Source of the DNA: a virus
Lineage: Duplodnaviria > Caudoviricetes
Virus record (IMG/VR): IMGVR_UViG_3300033076_000282
Location: 1-31,370 of that record
Length of the DNA: 31,370 nt
Reading direction: 5' to 3' (one strand)
Shown here in pieces: positions 23,957 to 31,370 of the stretch. Under the pieces are notes generated by a model. The model saw only the letters and a list, made by a program, of their open reading frames with translations. It was not told the origin of the DNA and searched no databases. Position 1 is the stretch's first letter. Each line of letters begins with the position of its first letter. Position numbers and translations under genes: made by a program.

Positions 23957-26900
23957 TTATGCCATCCAGTCTACGACGAGCTGCGCACCGTCCTGGAACA
24001 CCGTGATCGGGTCCGTCGTCGATGACGCCTCAGTGGGAATGATGTAGTGAGCACCAAGTTGCGGCGCATACCGATGCTCGCAGTTGAGCGTAGTAATTGC
24101 AGCGAGCCCTTGTGGCCACAGATAGTTAGGGCTATCTCGTCCGCTGGTCGCGTCCATGATAACGCCAATGCCTGCGCGACCGAGAGTAGTCGGGTTATTT
24201 TGCATGCAGACTGAGTTTATAACGGCGACACCGTCGATGGCCAACCCTGACACAAACTGGACACGAGCGTTTGCTGACTGGTTGTTGCGCGCACGGTAGG
24301 TTGCCGCACCATAAGTATAGCTGGCGGTCGAGTCGCGAGACTGTGCACTGACCGGCATACGATGATAGGCATTCCAGACATGGACCGAGCACAGCATCGC
24401 GGTCGTCGTGCCAGTTGCGCTGAGTTTATAGTCGATCTGGTTAGACGCGTTTGAGCGGATCGTGCCGACATATGTCCCGCGGCGAGCGGCCGGACCGTTT
24501 GTGATTGCGTTCTTGTTGACCCAGATACCCTGAATCCGCTCCAGCTCAGTTGAGTCTGCACCGGACCCGCGTGCAGTATCGGAGCCCGCAACCGCACCAT
24601 CATTCCAGCGCGGGCCGCGCGTACAACGGAATGTTCCACCATCATTCCAGACAAACATGTCGTAGTTGGCGCTTGCTGAAACCGCTGCCGGACTCTTGGT
24701 TGTATCCGTCGTAGCCTGCGACAGCTCTCCGCCCACATCGTACGCAATGAACTCCGACCCGTTGTAGATCGGTACGTAACGGTGCAGGTACGGCGTATAG
24801 TACACCACCGTTGCCGCAGTCACGTTCGAAATGACCGGCGCATCCGACGTCAACGTCAGTCGCCCGCCAGGGATCGGCGGAATAGTAGACGACCATATCG
24901 TGCCAGAGCCGGACACGAGCGTAGACCCGTAGTTCCCGTCGCTAACGCGCAACGCAGCGGCAGCACCGATCGCCTCGATCCATTGTGAGGACGAGCCATC
25001 ATCCAACCACATGTAAAGGATGCCGTCGTCGGTATCGTACCAGAGCGCGCCCTGACTTGGTGAAGATGGAGCCGACGACGAAACAGTAACGCCGCCTCCA
25101 CCAGTACCGCCGATCATGCGCCACCGCGAAGTCGTACTGTCATACTGCAGCAGCGCGGACTGATCCGCCAACAAAGTCACAGCACCAGAAAGTGCAAAGC
25201 GGTTACCGGCGGTCGATCCTGCCGCCTCATCCCCCAGCACGATCGCATTCGCGCCGACGTTATGGATCACAATGATGCGCCCGTCGGACCCGCCTGCAAG
25301 TCCAGTAATTGTACGTGTAGCGTCCGTGGCAAGACGCAAGACGGTTGCAGTCGAGAGCCCTGACGGATTGTAGTTGTCCTGCGTAGCCGTGATCGTCGCC
25401 GGAGAAATGTCTCCGCTAAACGCGACTGACTGCTGCGCATCGACAAGGCCCGTAAAGTCTGGATCGCTTATCGTCGGCGCGGTCCCAAACACGAGAGAGC
25501 CGCTGCCCGTCTCGTCGGTAATGACGCCTGCCAGCTGCAGCGAACTGGTGGCAGCAAACTGTGAGAGGTTGCCTGAAGTGAGCGCGTCACCGCCACCAGG
25601 GATTGACTGGAACGTACCGTCTCCGCGCAAGAAGCGCGTGCTGTCACCCGCGACGGGGGCAGGGACAAGGCCCTTGGTGCCGCCCGAGCCACTGTCACCA
25701 ACGAACGCCGCAAGAAGTGCTGTCGCCTGTGCTACGGTCAAATCTTCGGGGTCGCCTGTACCAGCAGTCGTGCGGCCCTTAAAGGTCGCCGTTGCCATGT
25801 TCGCCAGCTTGGCGTTGGTTACGACATCGTTTGCGATGGTCGTCGCGCCATCCCCAACGGAGGTGACGTCGCCGGTGTGGTTGGGGTGCACGTAGTTGTT
25901 CGCGCCATCCGCGACGTTAATCAACGTGCGTACTTGCGCGGCGGTCAAGTCAGCTGGATCGGCGGTTGCGCCGGTGTTGTTTCCCTTGATTGTGTTCGCC
26001 GCCATGTTAGCAAGTTTGGCATTGGTCACCGCGTCGGCAGCGATAGTCGTAGCGCCGTCGCCCACCGATGTCACATCGCCGGTATGGTTCGGGTGCGCGT
26101 AGTTGTTGGCGTTTGTCGCGACGCCATCGAGCTTCGTCTTATCTGCAGACGACATGAACCCTGCAACGGATGTCGTTGCGTTGGCGTGAAGCGTACCTCC
26201 TGCGCGCGCACCATGCGCCGTATCATCGAAGCGAGCAGCGGGGAGCGTACCCGTGGTGAGGTCTGAGGCGCTGCCACTTGCGGCAACCGCTACAAGGCCG
26301 AGCGTGGTCCGACCTGCAGCGGCGTCAGCGTCGTCAACAAGCGAGCGGCCGAACGCCGTAAAAGTAGCAAGCGCCGCCGTGCCAGACCCAGTGAAATACG
26401 GCAGCCGATCGGCCGCGGACACAAGCCCTGCGATGGCGTTCAGCTCCGCGTCAAATGCCTGAAAGTCTACACCCGCCTCCAAGTTTACCGCCGCTTTGAA
26501 CGCCGCCTCGCTGGCGTTGTTCAGCAACGTTGCGGCATAGGAGCCGAACGTGAAGCTCACGCCCTGAATACTAGTTAAGTTAGCCAGCGTGTCGATGGCG
26601 GCTTCGATCGTCGATTCGGTCGTAGCGTCGAGCGCGTCCACGTTCTGCAGCGTCAGGACACCTGCGCTGTCTGAGAACGGGTTGGAACTGCCGACCTGCA
26701 GACCTGACGCCGGAAGCACCAGCGTACCACCGGCGAGCGTCAGCGTGTCCAGCGAGTGCGTCAACGTAACGTCACCCGCGTTCCAGTTTATTACGAAACC
26801 GGACGTGAGCAAGAGCGACGTAGTTAGTGTCGGGCTGGTGCCAAAGACATTCGCACCAGAACCCGTCTCATCGGTTAGAAGCGCCGCAAGGTTTGCCGAC

Positions 26901-28936
26901 GACGGCGTCGTCGCGAACGTATCAAACCCGACAGCGCGAGTCACGCCTGCCCACGACTGCAGGTCGGCGTCGAACGCTTGCACATCCGTACCGGGAACGA
27001 GCCCGAGCGTCGTCCGCATCGCAGCCTGTGTCGTGTCGTCAAGAAGCGTGCGCGCAAACGAGGTCAACGTAGTGACCGTCGCCGTGCCTGCACCCGTAAA
27101 ATAAGGGAGCGCGTCGGCGGCCGAAGTAAGGCCCGCCAGCGCCTGCAGCTCGGCATCCTGCGCCTGTACGTTGGTGCCGATCACCAGACCGAGCGTCGAG
27201 CGCATCGTCGCAGCATCTGCGTCGTCAATCAACGTACGGGCAAACGAAGTAAGCGTCGTGACCGCCGCAGTACCTGTACCTGTAAAGTACGGCAGCGCAT
27301 CGGCAGCAGACGTGAGTCCGGCCAGCGCGGTGAGCTCTGCGTCACCGACATTGAGTGTACCGCCCGAGAACGACAGCAAGCCGCCGATCGTGACCGGTGA
27401 CCACGTATCTGCCGCGGAACGATACGGGATAGTGTTGGTGCCCGTCAGAGCTTCCAATGATGCAAGGTCGTTCGCCAGTGCAAACGTCGGGTTGCCCGAC
27501 ACGCCGTCACTGTTCGAGATCGTGAAGCCCGCCGCGGGGGCCGTCAGCGTACGCTGCGCCCAAGTATTTGCGGCCGTGCGAACGGCGATGCCGGTCCCGG
27601 CGAGCGCAGCAAGCGCATCCAAGTCGGCGTCCCATGCCTGCACGCCGGACCCGATCGACACGCCAAGAGTCGCACGCGCAGTCGCAGCATCCACGTCGTC
27701 AAGGAGCGTGCGAGCGTATGCGGTGATAGTTCCCTCGGCCCAGGTGTCGATGGCCGTCGTAAACGCGTACCGGTCCGCCGCCGTGCCGAGCGCCGCGAGT
27801 GATTGGAGCGTCGCGTCCTGCGCCTGCACGTTAGTGCCAATAACCAGTCCGAGCGTCGCGCGTGCCGTAGCGGCGTCGGCATCGTCGGTAAGCGTCGCGC
27901 CAAACGTACTGATCGTCGTCGCGCCTGCGAGGGTAAAGTTTCCGCCGAGCGTAACAGTGCGCCCCTGAATAGATGTGAGGTTTGCGAGCGTGTCGATCGC
28001 GGCTTCGATCGTGGTCTCAGTGGTGGCGTCGAGCGCATCGACGTTTTGCAACGTGAGCGTACCTGCGCTGTCCGAGAACGGGTTCGAGCTGCCGACCTGC
28101 AAGCCCGATGCCGGGAGCACCAGCGTACCACCCGCGAGCGTGAGCGTGTCGGCGCTATGTGTGACTGTAATGTCGCCGTTGTTAAAGTTAATGACGCCGC
28201 CGCTCGCGAGGAACAGGTCACTCCACGCTGTACCGGAGATACCGAGCGACGCTCCATCGTTAGAGATTGGACGGATGTCAGTCGTGAAGCTAGGCGATGT
28301 TGCAAACACGAGCGAGCCCGTGCCAGTCTCATCAGTGACCAGCGTGCGCAAGTTAGCCGACGACGGCGTAACCATAAACGTTCCAAGCCCGGACGCATCG
28401 TCCGTCAAGAACGTCATGAGGTTCGCGACGCTTGGCGTGACCAGGAAGTTTGTAAAGCCTGCCGCCTCATTCGTCAAAAGCGCGGCAAGGTTGGCAACAG
28501 TGGGCGTCGTAGCGAACGTATCGAACCCAGCGGCGCGATTGACCGCAAGCCAACTCTGGAGATCGGGGTCATATGCCTGCACCGTGACGCCGATGTCGGA
28601 CGTCGCCAGAATGCCCGAGCCCGCGAACGTCGGGCGCGAGGAGAACTCCATCACGCCACCGGATACGGTCAGCAGGTTGGCGCTGTGCGCGATCGTGACA
28701 TCGTTACCGAAGATCAGATCGCCGCCTGACGTCAGGTACAGGTTGCCCCATCCAAGCAGAGGCGTACCAAGATCATCGCCGCCATCCGTGAACGGGTTGG
28801 GCAGGCCAGGAGGTCCAGGAGGACCGGCACCGATGACTTCGACAATCTGGAAGTCAACCTCACGCACGATGTTCGTCGGCGTGTTGTTATCGACAAGAAC
28901 CAAACCGTCATCCGTGACTTCGACAATATCCGTCAT
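23957..28936 (-). CDS. Long modular tail fibre protein
   Basis: 1659 aa, Ala/Thr/Gly-rich. Short GPPGPPG collagen-like stretch near the N-terminus, multiple internal repeat families, and a distinct C-terminal domain ([11 protein letters not shown]). Confidence 0.82.
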   Translation of the reverse strand: MTDIVEVTDDGLVLVDNNTPTNIVREVDFQIVEVIGAGPPGPPGLPNPFTDGGDDLGTPLLGWGNLYLTSGGDLIFGNDVTIAHSANLLTVSGGVMEFSSRPTFAGSGILATSDIGVTVQAYDPDLQSWLAVNRAAGFDTFATTPTVANLAALLTNEAAGFTNFLVTPSVANLMTFLTDDASGLGTFMVTPSSANLRTLVTDETGTGSLVFATSPSFTTDIRPISNDGASLGISGTAWSDLFLASGGVINFNNGDITVTHSADTLTLAGGTLVLPASGLQVGSSNPFSDSAGTLTLQNVDALDATTETTIEAAIDTLANLTSIQGRTVTLGGNFTLAGATTISTFGATLTDDADAATARATLGLVIGTNVQAQDATLQSLAALGTAADRYAFTTAIDTWAEGTITAYARTLLDDVDAATARATLGVSIGSGVQAWDADLDALAALAGTGIAVRTAANTWAQRTLTAPAAGFTISNSDGVSGNPTFALANDLASLEALTGTNTIPYRSAADTWSPVTIGGLLSFSGGTLNVGDAELTALAGLTSAADALPYFTGTGTAAVTTLTSFARTLIDDADAATMRSTLGLVIGTNVQAQDAELQALAGLTSAADALPYFTGAGTATVTTLTSFARTLLDDTTQAAMRTTLGLVPGTDVQAFDADLQSWAGVTRAVGFDTFATTPSSANLAALLTDETGSGANVFGTSPTLTTSLLLTSGFVINWNAGDVTLTHSLDTLTLAGGTLVLPASGLQVGSSNPFSDSAGVLTLQNVDALDATTESTIEAAIDTLANLTSIQGVSFTFGSYAATLLNNASEAAFKAAVNLEAGVDFQAFDAELNAIAGLVSAADRLPYFTGSGTAALATFTAFGRSLVDDADAAAGRTTLGLVAVAASGSASDLTTGTLPAARFDDTAHGARAGGTLHANATTSVAGFMSSADKTKLDGVATNANNYAHPNHTGDVTSVGDGATTIAADAVTNAKLANMAANTIKGNNTGATADPADLTAAQVRTLINVADGANNYVHPNHTGDVTSVGDGATTIANDVVTNAKLANMATATFKGRTTAGTGDPEDLTVAQATALLAAFVGDSGSGGTKGLVPAPVAGDSTRFLRGDGTFQSIPGGGDALTSGNLSQFAATSSLQLAGVITDETGSGSLVFGTAPTISDPDFTGLVDAQQSVAFSGDISPATITATQDNYNPSGLSTATVLRLATDATRTITGLAGGSDGRIIVIHNVGANAIVLGDEAAGSTAGNRFALSGAVTLLADQSALLQYDSTTSRWRMIGGTGGGGVTVSSSAPSSPSQGALWYDTDDGILYMWLDDGSSSQWIEAIGAAAALRVSDGNYGSTLVSGSGTIWSSTIPPIPGGRLTLTSDAPVISNVTAATVVYYTPYLHRYVPIYNGSEFIAYDVGGELSQATTDTTKSPAAVSASANYDMFVWNDGGTFRCTRGPRWNDGAVAGSDTARGSGADSTELERIQGIWVNKNAITNGPAARRGTYVGTIRSNASNQIDYKLSATGTTTAMLCSVHVWNAYHRMPVSAQSRDSTASYTYGAATYRARNNQSANARVQFVSGLAIDGVAVINSVCMQNNPTTLGRAGIGVIMDATSGRDSPNYLWPQGLAAITTLNCEHRYAPQLGAHYIIPTEASSTTDPITVFQDGAQLVVDWMA
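25712..26107 (-). repeat. Tandem 69-aa (207-nt) repeat within the long fibre
   Basis: NNY[AV][42 protein letters not shown] occurs twice, starting at 26107 and 25900. Confidence 0.9.
26280..27900 (-). repeat. 62-aa (186-nt) period repeats within the long fibre
   Basis: DA.L.ALA.L..AAD.LPYFTG.GTA....T.FARTL.DD.....R.TLGL..GT.VQA units; anchor Asp codons at 27817, 27631, 27343, 27157, 26971 and 26452 (186-nt steps within each run). Confidence 0.85.
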
Positions 28937-29283
28937 CGCGTCACTTCCTTGCTGACCTCGACACCGCCTTCCACAAGACGCGTCACCACGCCCTGCGGAT
29001 CGACTAGCTCAAGATCGTACGCGCCCTTCGTAAAGTCGAACGCTGCTGTGTCTGCAGCCGGGATCAGCACGGCAACCGTGCCCGCCGTCTGTCCAAGCGT
29101 AATGCCACCGTTCTCTGTCGTGGCGCTGTGCTCGACCGTAGTCGCGGATTTCTTACGGCGAATCTGCATGCGCGCCGTGTAGCCGGTGATGTCCACCGGG
29201 TCTTCGTTGCTGTCTTTCCAGACGAATGTCTTCTGGAACGTAGCACCCTGCTCAATGAGCATGTCGTAATATGCTGCAGCCAT
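28933..29283 (-). CDS. Fibre-attachment/adaptor protein (BppU/LtfC-like beta-sandwich)
   Basis: Probable start ATG 29283 with GAGGA RBS, 116 aa. IEQGATF...W.D....[14 protein letters not shown]...[24 protein letters not shown]; coupled to the long fibre start. Confidence 0.75.
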   Translation of the reverse strand: MAAAYYDMLIEQGATFQKTFVWKDSNEDPVDITGYTARMQIRRKKSATTVEHSATTENGGITLGQTAGTVAVLIPAADTAAFDFTKGAYDLELVDPQGVVTRLVEGGVEVSKEVTR

Positions 29284-29290
29284 GTCGTCC

Positions 29291-29938
29291 TCACACAAAT
29301 CGCGGAGGACGCACCACGAGCAGTCCGCGCCCACGTCCTCGGTTGGCCTGAATTTTTGCGTCGCCGTAGCCCGACTCGAACCACTTGCGAAACTTGAGAG
29401 CCGCGTCCTCGTTCGAGTACGGCTGGCCAGGAGTGTCGTGTAGGCGTGCGCGTGCGCCGAAGCCAATGATCTCGCCCCACCGCTCATACAGTTCCTTCGG
29501 CACGCGCGTCGAAGATTTGATCGGGCGGAGCGCAACATGAATCGTCAACGGGTCCGTCGGCACCACGTCCGGTACGAACGCCAAGCGAACGGTATCAAAG
29601 TCCCCGTCGTGGACAATGTACTGGACCGGGCCGGTGCGCGTGCGCCAGTCAGGGCCGACCGTCTGCACGAGAAACTCTTCCGCCTTCGGGTCCAGCGGAA
29701 TGCGGCCAATGTGTGCCGACATTATGGCAGCAATCGCGCTTCCGACCTCAACATCAAGATCGTACTCGCTCTGCCCGGCGACAAGGTCAATGTCGTCGAG
29801 CGTCTTGCGCCACCACGTTGAGCGTTCGCAGAACTCGATGCAGGCGTTACGGATCGCGTTAATGGCGACAAACTCAGGCACGTCCCGCACGTAAGGCAGG
29901 ACGTCCGGCAGGAACGCTGAGTAATCGACCTGACTCAT
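29291..29938 (-). CDS. Head-tail adaptor/tail tubular protein A-like
   Basis: 215 aa. FLPDVLPYV..VP......AIRNACIEFCERS..W, VALRP, I.FGARARL...PGQPYSN. Confidence 0.65.
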   Translation of the reverse strand: MSQVDYSAFLPDVLPYVRDVPEFVAINAIRNACIEFCERSTWWRKTLDDIDLVAGQSEYDLDVEVGSAIAAIMSAHIGRIPLDPKAEEFLVQTVGPDWRTRTGPVQYIVHDGDFDTVRLAFVPDVVPTDPLTIHVALRPIKSSTRVPKELYERWGEIIGFGARARLHDTPGQPYSNEDAALKFRKWFESGYGDAKIQANRGRGRGLLVVRPPRFV

Positions 29939-30615
29939 CGGGCGGTTCCCTTCATGGCCGGATCAAACGGCACGGTCTGGAGGTTGGGGTTCACTTCCTT
30001 GTCGGCGTCCGCGGTGACGAACGCTAGGAACGCCTGGAAGTGCATCTGCGCACGCTGCATACCGGCCGCAAAGTCCGAGTCCTTCTGGAGCGCGCGGAAC
30101 ATGACGTAGTCGGTGAGCGGCGTGATGTACATGTCATCGACATCCAGCTCCGTTGCCGTCGAGCTGATCTCGGGCGGAATGTAGCAGTAGCTGATCTCGA
30201 CGTGGCCGTTGCCGTTGGACGGCGGGTACACGAAGAACGCCTTGGAATCCGTCGGGTCGTAGATGTAGTTGTAAATGGCTGCGACCTTTGCGTCAGCATG
30301 CCACTGGGGATTCTGGTCGTCGATGATGTCCCGGCGGATAATCCGCACCGCGCGGCCCGGCGTCGTGCCGTTCACACCCATGTTGCGGGTGATGGTCAGC
30401 AGGCTCTCGCCGTCGGCGGGTAGGGACTGGCGCGTACCGTCAACCAGCTGCACCACCGCGACCTTCTGCACAGCGTCGGGATTGGCGCGGGCGATAGCCC
30501 TCTGGCCGTCGGAGAGGTGGCGGAGAAGCTCGGCATCCGTCCAGCGCGGGCTGGTCCCGGTATCGACAAGAAGCTCACGCACGCGCGTGATAACGCTGGC
30601 TGCGGTAAGAGACAT
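29935..30615 (-). CDS. Head-tail adaptor protein (DUF6682-like)
   Basis: 226 aa. VITRVRELLVD....RWTDAELL..LSDGQ..I....PDA, L..GTRQSLP, F.VYPP, L.DYVMFRAL.KD.DFA. Confidence 0.7.
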   Translation of the reverse strand: MSLTAASVITRVRELLVDTGTSPRWTDAELLRHLSDGQRAIARANPDAVQKVAVVQLVDGTRQSLPADGESLLTITRNMGVNGTTPGRAVRIIRRDIIDDQNPQWHADAKVAAIYNYIYDPTDSKAFFVYPPSNGNGHVEISYCYIPPEISSTATELDVDDMYITPLTDYVMFRALQKDSDFAAGMQRAQMHFQAFLAFVTADADKEVNPNLQTVPFDPAMKGTAR

Positions 30616-30668
30616 GGGGGCACCGTCCGTGGTTGATGCCCCTTAATATACTATCAGGAGAGATGGGT

Positions 30669-31370
30669 CTACACCCCGATTCCGTACACCTCTTGACTGT
30701 ACTTGGCGTAGGTATCGTAGGCCCGTGGGAGCTTCTCGGCAATGTACGGGTGCCAGGGTTTGTGGCTGCCTGCGAAGAAGCACACCCGCGCGTTGTCCGG
30801 CACGCTGCCCTTGAGAAGCGTGAAGTGGTAGGCCCCGTCTTTCTCGGTCCAGGTGCGCGCCTCTGGCATGCAGTAGCTCATCCACGCCTGATCGCTGCCG
30901 TACATCCGAACCTTTGTCGCCATCTCCCGACGCCGCACCAAGTCCTGCGCGTTGCAGCCAAACGTGTTCCACACCTGCGTCCGCGTACCCAGCGTATGCA
31001 AAAACATAGACCCGTTAAGCGGAGACGCCTTGCCCTGCATGATGCGGAAGTCATGGTCTGTCACCATCGGCGTGAGATCGTCAAAGATCACGCAGTCCAG
31101 ATCGATCGACAGGATGCGATCCGCATTGAAAATCTTCCGAGCCTCGCTCGAGAAAACCTTTAGGCGGCGGTAGCAGTTGGGCCGCTTGCCCTGCACCGTG
31201 ACCTCTGGGTCATTCCACAGCTTAATCGTCTCAGCCTGCACGCCGGTCGGATCGTCCGTCACGCACACGAAACGGTGTGGGATTTGGAGGTTCCTCTCGA
31301 CCATCAGTTTCAGTACGTTGACGTGGTGGGCCTTGTACATCTCCCCACGCCAGCCGACCCACTTCCAGCA
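30669..31370 (-). CDS. GT-A fold glycosyltransferase; 5' end lies outside the window
   Basis: Frame is open to the window edge (CWKWVGWRGEMYKAHHVNVL...). HRFVCVTDD, RRLKVF, DxD motif SIDLDCVI, LNGSMF, GSDQAWM and FFAGSHKPW. Confidence 0.8.
   Translation of the reverse strand, partial: CWKWVGWRGEMYKAHHVNVLKLMVERNLQIPHRFVCVTDDPTGVQAETIKLWNDPEVTVQGKRPNCYRRLKVFSSEARKIFNADRILSIDLDCVIFDDLTPMVTDHDFRIMQGKASPLNGSMFLHTLGTRTQVWNTFGCNAQDLVRRREMATKVRMYGSDQAWMSYCMPEARTWTEKDGAYHFTLLKGSVPDNARVCFFAGSHKPWHPYIAEKLPRAYDTYAKYSQEVYGIGV

Noticed and set aside
25712-28150. Fibre repeats as a CRISPR array or DGR template/variable repeats
   Set aside because: Repeats are in-frame protein repeats differing mainly at synonymous positions rather than specifically at adenines; no unique spacers, and no cas or reverse transcriptase gene in the window.
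27171-28955. Several 265-326-aa alternative-frame ORFs over the long fibre gene
   Set aside because: By-products of the repetitive Ala/Thr/Gly coding sequence, which has few stops in other frames.
30616-30668. Possible minus-strand promoter (AT-rich TAGTATATTAA) upstream of the DUF6682-like adaptor
   Set aside because: A -10-like element is present but there is no convincing -35 or repeated late-promoter motif; too weak to call.

Overview
A 31.4-kb internal fragment of a GC-rich tailed dsDNA bacteriophage, most likely of short-tailed (podovirus) type with an alphaproteobacterial host. It has two convergent gene arms, and both window ends cut through genes. The left arm (+ strand, 1-6628) is a replication module: SNF2-type helicase (5' truncated), small conserved protein, putative Zn-binding SSB/annealing protein, Cro/XRE HTH regulator, 949-aa primase-helicase (AEP primase + DUF927/SF3-like ATPase) and an HNH endonuclease. 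It ends in three small host-like accessory genes: two Cys-rich, probably exported proteins and a SciP/DUF1153 (CtrA-inhibitor) homologue. The right arm (- strand, 31370-6591) is a virion module: GT-A glycosyltransferase (5' truncated), two head-tail adaptors, a fibre-attachment protein, three fibre-like proteins (1659, 334, 321 aa) with small chaperone-like genes, and a lysis cassette (GH24 lysozyme with a C-terminal membrane tail). After these come three small basic proteins, a tail nozzle, a DDxxD isoprenoid-synthase-like protein and three ejection proteins (one with a peptidase S74 chaperone, one a 2206-aa zincin + PLxRFG polyvalent protein). The most notable observations are the phage-borne SciP cassette, the DDxxD enzyme-like gene coupled to the ejection proteins, and a glycosyltransferase inside the morphogenesis arm. 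No tRNA, rRNA, CRISPR array, integrase or transposase was seen. All family calls come from motif recognition by eye; no database search was run.
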